This document shows, in pieces, positions 1-20,574 of a stretch of 64,000 bases of DNA (position 1 is its first letter; each line of letters opens with the position of its first letter). The DNA is from the human T2T-CHM13v2.0 reference genome, Homo sapiens. Location of the stretch: assembly GCF_009914755.1 (NCBI RefSeq), contig NC_060930.1. One strand, given 5' to 3'. Both the position numbers and the translations under genes were made by a program. The notes beneath the pieces are model-generated. The model saw only the letters and a program-made list of their open reading frames with translations. It made no database searches and was not told where the DNA came from.

Positions 1-1785
1 TCATGGGACACGGTAAGCACTATGTGTTTCTCAAATATATTAAAAAGTCATCCTTTTAGGAAAGATTTTTCAAAGACTATCCTAAAGCTTTACTTGGCTG
101 ATACAATGTTTCTATTACTATTCCATTTCTTGATTTGAGATGCTAATTAATTGAGTGATGCTAATTAATCTCCATTCTAGACTTTGCATAGAAACTTGCA
201 AAAAATTATTTATGCTTCTGAATGTGGTTTTTAATTACTGATTTTAAAGTCTGCCTATAGCTTGAGCTACTAGATGAATATTCAGTGACAGTAACCATTT
301 CAAAACTCACTGCTACATTTCAACTGAAAATAATCCTCCCACCTTCCCACAGGAACTTCCTATATCATCACCGTCTGTCAAGTTTTTTCTTTCCATATTT
401 CTGACATTCTGATGCTTCCCAGTCAAAACTGTCCAATAAAGCTTAATGACTGCCTTCTGGCATTTCACAGGAAGTATTTGGTTAATTTTAAGATGGTGAT
501 TTGTACCTAACTGTAATTTACCAGCCAACTGGCACCACAGGCTGAGCAGAGCCCTGCCAAATAAACCCACCATGCAAACTAGGCTGGTGGCAACTCTGGC
601 TCCCCTGAGAAACTCTTTCACATTCAGAGGGAGGGGTTGGATACAGGAATTACCAACATGGGAGAGACACAGCTTAATCATCCCAACGGTATTTTTACTC
701 AGCTTTGAGATGGATCTGCTGGCCAGAATCAGGGCTTGATGGCTCTTGCTTTCACTCTGGGAGTAACCTATTCCTGGCAGATCACCTGTCTTAGTCCAAT
801 ACCAGTTCTGAGATTTTAGAGCACTGTATAGATTCCCGTTGATATAAGCTGGAAATGTCCATAGCTGTCTGTAAAGTGAAAGTTTGCATTTTGTGTTTAT
901 GGCATTACTTCTGTATTATTGTAGAATGATCTAGAGCTTCACCTAGGACTTTTGAAAGGACATAAGGATAAATGTTTTAGGTTGGGGTAGAGAGTGAAGG
1001 GGTAAGTTTCACAATGTGTGAGGTTAGCAATCTCACAAAGTAGAACAAAAAGAAAATTATATAGTCATTCATAAATCCAGTATAATGATCACACATAGAA
1101 ACTAAATGCTGATAATAGATAAATTTTACTTTCAGCTTTAAATTTGTTTTCATTTACAATGCATTCCTTTTGATGTTCTTATGGTGCACAATTTCCGAAG
1201 TTTAATAATAAGCTTCTCTGGTTTAATTGCCTTTTACATGGAATGGTCATTTGCAGCCCTTTTTGTCCTAACATTTGCTCAGTTTTCTTGTATGTGTTAA
1301 CAGAGTCTTGTGTCCTGTGGGAGACATGGTAAGGTACAAAGGTGGGGAAGGAATCAGGGAATTAGAGAGAGGGGACAGAGTGGGAAGGGTCACACACACA
1401 TATACACATGCCCAGATGCACATCCAGAGGAAGTTTTGCACTCAGAGATGTTCACACACTGAAGGGACGGGACCCAGAAACAGAGGCTTGCAGGTCCAGA
1501 CACCTGGGTCAGTATGCAGCCACAGATGAACACACACAAACACAAATGCAGAAAGAGATGCACCAGTAAAAGAGAGAAAGACCCTGCAGGGAGGGAAGCA
1601 GAGAGAATAAGAAAAAGGGAGAACAAGAGAATGGTGGAGAGAAAGAAAATGAGGGAACAGATGGTCACACTCATAGAGTGCACTGGAACCCGTGTTGCCT
1701 CAGTCGATGTTCAAGGAATGAGAGAGCAGCTGGCCCACAGGGCTGGGAAAAGGAAAAATGTTGACTTGATTGCTCTCCTTTGTAG

Positions 1786-1966
1786 TATTCAAGAAATGCT
1801 GACAGGCCAGAGGCTCTGCCACTCCGAATCTCACAATGACAGTGTCCTGGCAGCGCTGAATCAGCAGAGGAGTGATGGCATCCTCTGCGACATCACCCTG
1901 ATTGCTGAGGAACAGAAATTCCATGCTCACAAGGCAGTCCTAGCAGCATGCAGTGACTATTTCCGG
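1786..1966 (+). CDS. KLHL32: Internal coding exon (181 nt) of Kelch-like protein 32, encoding the N-terminal half of the BTB/POZ domain
   Basis: Acceptor ttgctctcctttgtag|T at 1785/1786 and donor CGG|gtaagt at 1966/1967. Translation (S)IQEMLTGQRLCHSESHNDSVLAALNQQRSDGILCDITLIAEEQKFHAHKAVLAACSDYFR carries the BTB motif CDITL..F.AHK.VLAA.SDYF and matches my recall of the KLHL32 N-terminus. The exon starts in phase 2 and ends in phase 0. Confidence 0.93.
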
Positions 1967-2375
1967 GTAAGTCAGCATTGTTTGTTTCTCGTAAAATATT
2001 GATAAAGAGAGGATGACAATGTTTCCCAAACTGTCACTAAACCAGGAGCCAATTAGGTGGTACCCCCAGAGCTGAATGGTGGGGGCCTTTGTTCTTTCCT
2101 GGGTAGAATGCTTCCTGGGGCCCCATTGGGTCCTCTCTGGGCAGGGCACCTGGATGTCCCTCCAATGTAGAACAGACCTCCCTTGGCATCTGAGCCAAGG
2201 AGTGCTTGGCACTTTACCACCATGGGAAAATGTGGCACTGTAGTGCTTCATGTGGGGGTGCAGACTGGAGTGAGAGGATGCTTCTGGATTCAGGATCAAA
2301 GACCAAGCTATAAGACAATTTGTTAAAATTTAAAAGTCTTTAAGTATATGTATTGTTTCGGATATATATATATAT

Positions 2376-2687
2376 TTTTGTTTTGTTTTGTTTTGTTTGT
2401 TTTTGAGACAAAGTCTCGCTCTTTCACCCAGGCTGGAGTGCCAATGGCGCAATCTTGGCTCACTGCAACCTCTGCTTCCTGGGTTCAAGTGATTCTCCTG
2501 CCTTAGCCTCCTGAGTAGCTGGGATTACAGGGACATGCCACCACACCTGGCTAATTTTTGTAGTTTTAGTAGAGACGGGGTCTCACCAAGTTGGCCAGGT
2601 TGGTCTCGAACTCCTGACCTCAAGTAATCTGCCCGCCTCGGCCTCCCAAAGTGCTGGGATTACAGACACACACCACCGCGGCCAGCC
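2376..2687 (-). mobile_element. Full-length AluS with (TTTTG)n tail
   Basis: gagacaaagtctcgctc...ctcccaaagtgctgggattaca...gccagcc; both arms present. Confidence 0.95.
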
Positions 2688-2899
2688 TATATATACTCTT
2701 AATGCTTTCTAATTATTTGCTCCAAGGACAGAGATTCATAGGCCTAATGGACCTTCATGGTCAGTACATGCATGCGGCTAATGAAGACACATCTTGTTTA
2801 CCAGAGCTTTGGGGTTGATTTCCAACAGCAAATTACATGTGGTAATAAGATTGCTGTTTTTCTTGAAGATGAAAGTACATAATATAGTGATAGCTGATT

Positions 2900-3140
2900 A
2901 AATGCCACTTATTAGCACTTCTTGTGATTCACATGGTGAGCAAAGGATTTTATATGCATATCTCATTTGATCCTCACAACAACCCATTGTGCACATATAT
3001 ATACATATTATTAAAATGACCATTTTGCATATATGGAAACAATAACAAAGACTAAGTAATTTGCACTAACTCAGGATCAGTAAGAAGTCACACAGTTCCT
3101 AAATGGCAGATCTGGAATCGAAATCTATGTTTGACTCTTA
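2900..3140 (-). mobile_element. MIR
   Basis: ctcatttgatcctcacaacaaccc...aagtcacacag...ggcagatctggaatcgaa resembles the reverse complement of the MIR core. Confidence 0.7.
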
Positions 3141-6100
3141 ACGAGTGTGATAGTCTGCTTCATATATGGACATAAAATAGCAAACCTGGACAATTATTAG
3201 CCAGAATGTTTTGAAACATTAATTTCTAAATATACATTATTTCAATGCCTATTTAATTTTCTTTTCAATGTTTTTTCAGTTAACAAGTGACTAATACTTT
3301 TGGAACATAATGGTATGAATCTCCATATAAATGGGAATATAAACAATTTAATTGTGTTGTGTTGTTTTTTTAATTTCCCCCAGTAAAGCCTAAATGTTAC
3401 AGACACCAACTTAGGCCCATGAGCAATTTGTTGATTGGTTTGAATATTTCTAATAATACTGTTGGTTTTGTTATTTAAGAGACAATATCAACTGCACTTA
3501 ATTGCCAAGTAGCAGTCACAGAGATTTTTCAAAGATGCCAAAGCATAGAAGACAGCCTTTTTTAAAAAGCGTATTAAATGTGATGAAACTGAGTAATGTA
3601 GAAGATAAAGAGGTAATTACTTGAAATGTCTGTTTCTGAAATAAAAAGTAGGGATTTAATTCTAAACTACAAAGATGATACAGAGTATCTGTAAAGTGGC
3701 CTTTTAGTTCCATTAATATAATTATACATTTCACACACCCTCACTCACATTGTCAGGTATTCTTCTTTCAGAAAGGTCATATTATTCAGAGGGGCTTTTG
3801 GATCAGCAAAACACTTCAGATTGTATGCAGATTATGGAATAGGAATTTTGTCTTTTAATGGACCGTAATATAGCCTTCTTGGTGTTAACTTCTCTCTACT
3901 TAGGTTTCAGCATTTCAGTATTGGATTTTTTTTTGAACTTTTATTTTAGGTTCAAGGGTACATCTGCAGGTTTGTTATGTCAGTAAATTATGTTTCATGA
4001 GGGTTTGGTGTACAGATTATTTCATCACCCAGGTAATAAGCATAATACTCAATAGCTAGTTTTTCAATTTTCTCCCTTCCCCCAACCTCCACCATTAAGT
4101 AGGCCCCAGTGTCTGTTGTTCCCTTCTTTGCATCCAAGTATTCTCCGTGTTTAGCTCTCACTTATAAGTGAGAATATGTGGTGTTTGGTTTTCTGTTCCC
4201 ATGTTAGTTAGCTTAGAATAATGGCCTCCAGCTCCATCCATGTTGCTGCAAAGGACATGATCTCATTCTTTTTTATGACTGTGTAGTATTCCACAATATA
4301 TACATACCACATTTTCTTTATCCTGTCTACCACTGATGGTCATTTAAGTTGATTCCATGTCTTTGCTATTGTGAATAGCGCTACAGTGAACATACACATG
4401 CAGGTGTCTTTATGGTAGAATGATTTGTAATACTTTAGGTCTATACCCAGTAATGGGATTGCTGGGTTAAATGGTAATACTGTTTTAAGTTCTTTGAGAA
4501 ATTGCCAAACGGCTTTCCACAATGACTGAACTAATTTGCATTGCCACCAGCAGTGTATCAGCATTCTCTTTTCTCTGCAACCTCTCCATCATCTGCTATT
4601 TTTTTACTTTTTAATCATAGTCATTCTGACTGGTGTGAGATAGTATCTCATTGTGGTTTTGAGTTGCATTTCTCTAATGATTAGTAATGTTGAGCACTTT
4701 TTTTATATGCTTGTTGGCTGCATGTATGTCTTTTTTTGAAATGTGTCTGTTCATGTCTTTTGCCCCCTTTTTTTATGGTGTTGTTTATTTTTTGCTTGCT
4801 AATTTGTTTAACTTCTTTATAGATTCTGGATAGTAGATCTTTGTCAGATGCATAGTTTGCAAAATATTTTCCCCATTTTGTGGGGTGTGTTTGTTGATAG
4901 TTTCTGTTGCTGTCCATAAGCTCTTTAGTTTAATTAGGTCCCATTTGTCAATTTTTGGTTTTGTTGGAATTGCTTTTGGTGTCTTTGTCATGACATATTT
5001 GTCAGGACCTATGTCCAGAATGGTATTTCCTAGATTATCTTCCAGGGTTTTTATCATTTTAGGTTTTACATTTAAGTCTTTAATCCCTCTTGAGTTGATT
5101 TTTGTACCTGGTGAAAGAAAAGGGTCTAGTTTCAATGTTTGACATATGGCTAGCCAGTTATTTCAGCATCACTTATTGAATTTGGTCTTTTCCCATTGCT
5201 TGTTTTCATTGACTTTGTCAAAGATCAGATGGTTGTAGGTGTGCAGCTTTATTTCTGGGCTCTCTATTCTGTTCCATTTGTCTATGTGCCTGTTTTTATA
5301 CTGGTATCATGCTGTTTTGGTTATTGTAGCCTTGTAGTATAGTTTGAACTTGGGTAATGTGACTTCAAACTATACTACAAACAATACTACAGCTTTGTTC
5401 TTTTTGCTTAGGATTGCTTTGGCTATTTGGGCTCTTTTATGGTTCCATATGAATTTTAGAATAGGTTTTTTCTAATTCTGTGAAAAACATCATTGGTAGT
5501 TTGATAGGAATAACATTGAATGTGTACATTGCTTTAGGCAGTATGGCCATTTTCACGACATTGATTCTTCCTATCCATGAGCATGAAATATTTTTCCACT
5601 TGTTGGTATCATCGCTAATTTCAATGAGAAGTGTTTTGTAATTCTCTTTGTAGAGCTCTTTTACCTCTCCGGTTGGCTGTCTTCCTAGGTATTTTATTCT
5701 TTTTGTGACTATTGTGAATGAAATTGCAATCTTGATTTGGCTCTCAGCTTGGATGTTGTTGGTGTATAGAAATGCTACTGATATTCGTACAATTGATTTT
5801 GTATCCTGAAACTTTGCTGAAGTTGTTTATCAGATTTAGGAGATATGGGGCAGAGACTATGTGGAGAGTTCTAAGTATGGAATCACATCATCTGCAAACA
5901 GGGATAGTTTGATTCCTCTCCTCCTATTTGGATGCCTTTTATTTCTCTCTGTTTCCTGATCACTCTGGCTAGGACTTCCAGTACTATGTTGAATAGGAGT
6001 GCTGAGGGTAGCCATTCTTGTCATGTTCTAGTTCTCAAAGGGAATGCTCCAGCTTTTACCTATTCAGTATGATGTTGGTGTGGGTTTGTCATAGATGGCT

Positions 6101-6600
6101 CTTGTTAGTTTGAGGCATAGTCATATAATGCCTAGTTTTTTGAGGGCTTTTAACATGAAGGGAAGTTGATTTTTATCAAAAGCCTTTTCTAAATCTATTG
6201 AGATGATCATGTGGTTTTTGTTTTTGGTTTTCTTTATGTGATGAATCACATTTATTTATTTGCATATAGTGAACCAACCTTATATTTCAAGTATAAAGCC
6301 TACTTGATTGTGGTGGATTAGCTTTTTGATGTGCTTCTGGATTTGATTTGCTAGTATTTTGTTGTGGATTTTTACATTTATGTTCATCAAGGATACTGGC
6401 CTGAATTTTCTTTTTTTGTTGTGTCTCTGCCAGGTTTTGGTATCAGGATGATACTTGTCCCATAGAAAGACATAGAGAAGAGTTTTTCTTCCTTAGTTTG
6501 TAAAAGTAGTTTTAGTAGGAATTGTACCAGCTCTTTTTTATATATCTGGTAGAAGTCAGCTGTGAATCCATTTGGTCCTGGGCATGTTCAGGTTAATAGG

Positions 6601-6994
6601 TATATTAGTCCGTTCTCATGCTGCTAATAAAGACATACCTGAGACTGGGTAATTTATAAAGGAAAGAGATTTAATTGACTCACAGTTCTACAGGGCTGGG
6701 GAGACCTCAATAAACTTACAATCATGGCAGAAGGGGAAGCAAACATGTCATTCTTCACATGGTGGCAGCAAGAAGTGCAGAGCAAAGTGGTGGGGCGGGG
6801 GGGCAGGCGGGGGAAAAGCCCCTCATAAAACCCTTAGATCTCATGAGAACTCACTCACTATCACAGGAACAGCATGGAGGTAACTGCCCCCATAATTCAA
6901 TTACCTCCCACCAGGTCCCTCCCAGGACACATGGTGATTATGAAAGCTACAGTTCAAAATGAGATTTGGGTGGGGATAAAGCCAAACCATATCA
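6601..6994 (-). mobile_element. THE1 (probably THE1C) MaLR solo LTR inserted in the old L1
   Basis: tatattagtcc...gagactgggtaatttataaagg...aaaccatatca. 5-bp TSD atagg (6596-6600) / gtagg (6995-6999). Confidence 0.92.
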
Positions 6995-8995
6995 GTAGGC
7001 TTCTTCTTACTGATTCAATTTTGGAACTTCTTATTGGTCTGTACAGGGATTCAAATTTTTTCCTGGTTCAATTTGGGAGGTTGTATGTTTCCATGAATTT
7101 ATCCATTTCTACTAAATTATATCTTGTGCACATAGAGGTTTGTAGTCTTTGAGGTTTTTTTTGTATTTCTGTGAAGTTGGAAGTAATATTCCCTTTTTCA
7201 TTTCTGATTGCATTTATTTGGATTTTCTGTCTTTCTTTTATTAGTCTAGTTTGCTGTCTATTTATCTTATTTATTCTTTTGAAGAACAAACTCCTAGTTC
7301 CATTGATCTTTTATATGATTTTTAGAATCTCAATTTCCTTCAGTTCAGCATTGATTTTGGTTATTTCTGGTCTTTTGTTAGCTTTGTGATTGGTTTGCTC
7401 TTGTTTCTCTAGTTTTTCTAGGTGTGATGTTAGATTGTTAACGTGACATCTTTCTAACTTTTTGATATGGGCATTTAGTACTGTAAACTCCTCTCTTAAC
7501 ACTGCTTTAGCTTTGTCTCAGAGATGCTCATGTGTTGTATCTTTGTTCTCATTATTTTTAAATAATTTTTTGACTTCTACCTTAATTTCATTGTTTACCC
7601 GAAAATCATTCAGGAGCAAGTTGTTTATTTCCATGTGTTTGTGTAGTTTTGAGTGATTTTCCTAGTATTGATTTCTATTTTTATTACACTTTGGTCTGAG
7701 AGTGTGATCGGTATAATGTCAGTTTTTTTTAATTTGCTGAGGATTGTTTTATGGCTAATTGAGTCATCAATTTCAGAGTATGTGCCATGTGCATATGATA
7801 AAAATATATATTCTGTTGTTTTTGGATGAGGAGTTCTGTAGATATCTGTTAGGCCCATTCAGTCAAGTGTTGAGTTCAGGTCCTGAATATCTTGGTTAGT
7901 TCTCTGCCTCAATGATCTATCTAATAGTATCAGTGAGGTGTTGAAGTCTCCCAGTATTATTATGTGGTTATTTAAGTCTCTTTATAGGTCCCCAAGAATT
8001 CTGTTTATTAATCTGAGTGCTCCTGTGTTGCGTGAATATATGTTTAGTATAGTTATGTCTTTTTGTTGAATTGACCCTTTACCATTAGGTAATGCCCTTC
8101 TTTGTCTTCTTTTATTGGTGTTGCCTTAAAGTCTGTTTTGTCTGAAATTAGAAGAGCAACCCTGCTTTTTTCCATTTTCTGTTTGCTTGGTAGATTTTTC
8201 TTTATCCCTTTACATTGAGCCTTTGGGGGTCATTGCATGTGAGATGGGTCTCTTGAAGACAGCACATCATTGGGTCTTTCCTTTATCAAACTTGCCACTC
8301 TCTGCCTTTTAATTGGGGCATTTAGTTCATTTGCATTGGAGGTTAATATTGACATGTGTGGTTCTCCTTGAAGAGGTCCTTCACATCCCTTGTAAGTTGG
8401 ATTCCTAGGTATTTTATTCTCTTTGAAGCAATTGTGAATGGGAGTTCACTCATGATTTGGTTCTCTGTTTGTCTGTTACTGGTGCATAAGAATGCTTGTG
8501 ATTTTTGCACATTGATTTTGTATCCTGAGATGCTGCTGAAGTTGCTTATCAGCTTAAGGAGATTTTGGGCTGAGACGATGGGGTTTTCTAGATATACAAT
8601 CATGTCATCTGCAAACAGGGACAATTTGACTTCCTCTTTTTCTAATTGACTACCCTTTATTTCCTTCTCCTGCCTGATTGCCCTGGCCACAACTTCCAAC
8701 ACTATGTTCAATAGGAGTGGTGAGAGAGGGCATCCCTGTCTTGTGCCAGTTTTCAAGGGAATGCTTCCAGTTTTTGCCCATTCAGTATGATATTGGCCGT
8801 GGGTTTGTGATAGATAGCTCTTATTGTTTTGAGATACGTCCCATCAATACCTAATTTGTTGAGAGTTTTTAGCATGAAGCGTTGTTGAATTTTCTCAAAG
8901 GTCTTTTCTGCATCTATTGAGATAATCATGTGGTTTTTGTCATTGGTTCTGTTTATATGCTGGATTATGTTTATTGATTTGCATATGTTGAACTA

Positions 8996-9304
<309 letters not shown>

Positions 9305-9498
9305 TTATTTGGTTGGTAAGCTATTAATTGTTGCCTCAATTTCAGAGCCTGTTAATTGGTCTATTCAGAGATTCAACTTCTTACTGGTTTAGTCTTGGGA
9401 GGGTGTATGTGTCAAGGAATTTATCCATTTCTTCTAGATTTTCTAGTTTATTTGTGTAGAGATGTTTATAGTATTCTCTCATGGCAGTTTGTATTTCT

Positions 9499-16302
<6,804 letters not shown>

Positions 16303-17984
16303 ACAATGAGAACACATGGAGACAGGAAGGGGAACATCACACACTGGGGCCTGTTGTGGGGTTGGGGGAGGGAGGAGGGATAGCATTAGGAGATATACCT
16401 AATGTTAAATGAGAAGTTAATGGGTGCAGCACACCAGCATGGCACATGTATACATATGTAACAAACCTGCACGTTGTGCACATGTACCCTAAAATTTAAA
16501 GTATAATAAAAAAAATATTGACATGTGTGGATTTTCCTTTCATTGTGTTGTTAGCTGGTTATTATGCAGACTTGATTGTGTGGTTGCTTTATTGTATCAG
16601 TGGCCTATATACATAAGTGTTTTTGTGGTAGCTGGTAATGATGTTTCATTTCCATATTTAGCACTCCCTTAAGTGCCTATGTTAAGCCAGGTCTGTTGGT
16701 AATGAATTCCCTTAGCATTTGCTTGTCTGAAAAGGATTTTATTTCTCCTTCACTTATGAAGCTGAGTTTGGCTGGATATGAATTTCTTGGATGGAATTTT
16801 TTTCTTTAAGAATGCTGAATATAGGCCCCAATCTCTTCAGGCTTGTAGGGTTTCTTTTGAAAGGCATGCTGTTAGCTTGATGGGTTTCTGTTTGTATATG
16901 TGATTTGCCCTTTATCTCTAGCTGCCTTTAATATTTTTTTCTTTCATGTGAGCCTTGGAGAATCTGACAACTGTGCGTCTTGGGGATGGTCGTCTTGTAT
17001 AGTATCTTGCAGAAATTCTCTACATCTCCTGAATTTGAATGTTCACCTCTCTAATGAAACTTGGGAAATTTTTCTGGATAATATCCTCAAATATGTTTTC
17101 CAAGTTGCTTTTTCTCCCCCCCTCTCTTCCAGGGATACCAATTTGTCTTACCTGTGGTCTCTTTACATAATCCAATATTTCTTGGAGGATTTACTCATTT
17201 TTTAAACTTTTGGCTGACTGAATTAGTTCAGAAACCAGCCTTCAAGCTCTGAGATTCTCTCCTCAGCTTGGTCTATTCTGCTGTTAAAAAAAAGTGCGAT
17301 TATTATTATGAAATTCTTGTACTGTTTGTCAGCTCTATCAGATCAGTTTGTTTCTTTCTTATAATGGCCATTTCATCTTTCAGCTCTTATATAATTTTAT
17401 TGTAATCCTTGGATTCCTTGGATTGGGTTTCAACTTTCTCCTGAATTGTGATGATCTTCATTCTCATCCATATTCTGAATTCTCTGTCTGTCATTTCAGC
17501 CATTTCAGCCTGGTTAAGAACACTTGCTGGGGAACTAGTGCAGTTGTTTGGAGAAAAAGACACTCTGGCTTTTTGACTTGCCAGAGTTTTTGTACTAGTT
17601 CTTTCTTATCTCTGTGTGCTGATGTTCCTTTCACAGTTACAATTTGAGTACATTCAGTTGCCTCTTTTCTGGATGTTTTCAAAGGGCTGAGGCTTTGTGC
17701 AGGATCTTTATTTGCAGCTGATTTCTTGTCCTTGTTTTTATGGGGGTGGGGGTTATGTTAGCAAGTATTTTTGGTGTTGAAGTTTGGGCTGTGATCCAGT
17801 AAATGGTGCTTAAGTATAATGGTAAGTTCTTGCTCAACCACGTGGCTCCTCTGTATTTCCTCTCGATTTCAGCTGTGCTCCCTCTTAGTGCTCTGAAAGT
17901 GTAGTTTCTTCTCCCAGTCAATTTCTGGCTGCAGATCTTGGATTGGCACTCCCAGGGTGCACACTGCAGCTCTGGGGTGAGCTC

Positions 17985-19430
17985 AGGCTTTGTGTGTCCT
18001 CTCCAACTTGGAGGCAGCAGAGGGAGGGACCTTGGCAGTGGCTGTAGCAGAGAGCCATTCACTTGTCTCTTGGGGCTCCAGCCCAGAGAAATACGGAGCT
18101 GCTACCAGTTGGTGTGATTGGCCCAGAGTTGGGCAGCTGTGTTATGGGCCCAAGCTGGGGTGGGGGCGGGGCTTGCTTGGTGATGAGCAGGGAGCATTGG
18201 AGGCTCATAGGTGAGCTAGACTGGCCTCTTCTCTTTAAGATGGCTGTGGTTTCTGGAGGTGTAGGTAAAGCACTTAAGGTCTTTGTTCCTTCCTTAGTCC
18301 AAGGGCAGCAAGGGAAGTACCACTGCAGTGGCAGTGGCAGAGGGGCTTTCGGTTTTGTCTAGGAGCTCCACCACAGAGAATCACAGACCCGTTACTAATG
18401 GGAATGTTTAATCGGGGCTTGTGGTGACTGCACTACTGGCCCTGCTTGGTGAAGCGCAGGGGGTCAAGGCCTCATGGGGAGGAGAGACTGGGCTCCTCTC
18501 CTTATGGCGGTTTTGGTGCTGGGAGTGCAGGTGAAGCCCTCAGGTTCTTTGTTCCTTCCCCAATGCAAGGGCAGCAAGGGCAGGACCAGTGCACTGGCGG
18601 TGGCAGAGGGTCTGTTGGTTGCCTCTGGGAGCCCCTCCCAGGGAAACTTAGAGCCACTAGCAGTGGAAATGCTCAGCTGGGGGTGGGGTGTCTGCTCTGC
18701 AATTCCAGCTGAAGGGTCCTTCCTGGGGAAGAATACAGGGTGGGAGCTCACAGAGAAGAGACATTGGGTTTCTCTCCGTATGGTGGCTGGGTGTGCTAGG
18801 GATGTCAGCATAGCAACCAGGCCCTTTGTTCCTTCCCCAATGCAGTAAGGGTGGTACCCATCGCAGCTGTAATGGCAGAGGGGCTATGGGTTGTCTCTGG
18901 GGATTTCCTCCCCAAAGAAACACAGAGCTGCCACCAACTGACATGTTCAGGCCAGGGCAGGGCGGTTGTGCTAGGCGCCCAGGTGGAGAGATCCTGCCCA
19001 TTGAGGGGTAGCAGGGTGGGGACCTGTGTGGAAAACTGGCCGCTTTTCTGTAAGGCAGCTCTGCCTTAGTGCCTGATCACTGCGTTCCTTCCCAAGCCGG
19101 AGAGCCACAGGAGCGAGGGCTTCAGAGCAGCAAAAGTAGTAGCTTGCCTGTTACCTCCGGGAGATCCCTTCCAAGAAAGTGCAGAGCTGCTACCGCGGAG
19201 AGCCCTAGCAGGGAGTGGCCAAGGTCGCAGATCTAGAGGCCCTGCCCAGTGAGGAGTAGCAGGGGCGGGGGACGGCATTGAAAACAGGCCGCTTTTCCGG
19301 GTAAGGTGGCTGCGCTGTGCTGGGGGTCTATGATAGTCCCTAATCACTGTGCTCCCTCCCCAGCCTGAGGGCAGCAAGAGCGAGGGCTTCCGAGCGGCAG
19401 AAATGGCGGCCTGCCTGCGACCCGAGAGCT
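17985..19430 (-). repeat. Array of 5-6 diverged ~260-290-bp monomers in the old L1 5' UTR
   Basis: ctttgttccttcc...ggcagcaaggg...ggcagaggg anchors at ~17988, 18281, 18547, 18824, 19080 and 19347. Confidence 0.7.
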
Positions 19431-20574
19431 CAGGCAGGGCTGCGATGGCCGCAGTAGAGTCCCAGGCCAGTGGGCCATGTCTGGCGAGGTGCAGTGGAGG
19501 TGAGGCGTGCACTCCATCTGCTGCTCAGCCCTGTGGATTTGCCCCCATCCTGGTGGGCCTGTGCGGGAGCCTGACCTCTCTTGTTGCCAGAGATGCAGCT
19601 GCCGGTGTCCGGTACCAGGGGATCCATGGCTCCCGGGACCCAGGGTTGCAAAGGTCCATGGCAGAAGTGTGGGTCCCCAGGGACTCTCACTGACTCACTC
19701 ACCGTTTCCTGGCTGTGGGGGGCCTCCCCTGGCTCTTCGCCTCTCCCCGGTGGGCAGTTGTCCTGTCTCACTCTTCTCACTTCTGTGTGGATTGTATTGC
19801 TTCCTTGATGAAAGTGTCCACTTGGATAATCCAGTTGAAGAGCTAATGTTTACTCACTACTCTCTTCTCTCTCTGAGAGCAATGCGCACTAGCTGCTTCT
19901 AGTCAGCCATCTTGGCTGGAATCCCGGTTTTGAATTTCATTTTGGGAAATGATTTGATTTCGCACATTTGTGTATGTGTGAGAGAGAGAGGGGAGAGCGT
20001 ATCAATACGTGCGCGCATGTGAGTGCAAGAGACCATTTCACTTGTTGGCATTTAACGGTGTTTGCTGCTACTCCCAGTTTCTCAACTCTTCCACCACAAT
20101 GCCCCTCATACTCTAATAGGTTATGCACAAAGAGTGCCTCCTTTGTAATACCTATATTATAAAGCCTCTGGAGAAACTTCATTATTTGCATTTTGCAGGT
20201 GTGGGAACTAAATTACGATATGTTTAAATAATTTGCCCAGGGACTGCCAGATATAAAGTAGAAGAGCTGATTTTCACACATCTGTCTCCCTCAGTACCAA
20301 GTTGTGCCGTTTCCACTTAAGCTGTGTGCTCTGCTGGATTCATGTGCATTTCCTTCAGTCTCATAAGCTGCTTGTAAGATGAAAATTCACTGACTTGTGC
20401 ACTGATTGTTCAGATGGAGAAAGCCGAATAAAGTTGGAGCAGTTGGCACTTAACTGTTATCTGGGCAGTGCTAAGTGCTGGAGTTTTGGTATTTAAGAGA
20501 CATAGGCTGAGCCCTATGGAGCTTGTAATATAGATACCATACTGGAAGTAATTTTTTCCTTATACTCAGTATTT

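Noticed and set aside
1514-2002. 162-aa ORF as a complete protein
   Set aside because: Only 1786-1966 is bounded by splice sites and BTB-like. The upstream K/R/E-rich part is purine-rich intron that happens to be open.
17679-19902. Dense cluster of 70-150-aa ORFs on both strands
   Set aside because: GC-rich L1 5' UTR has few stop codons. No domain similarity or exon structure is visible, and the same applies to 35352-36338.
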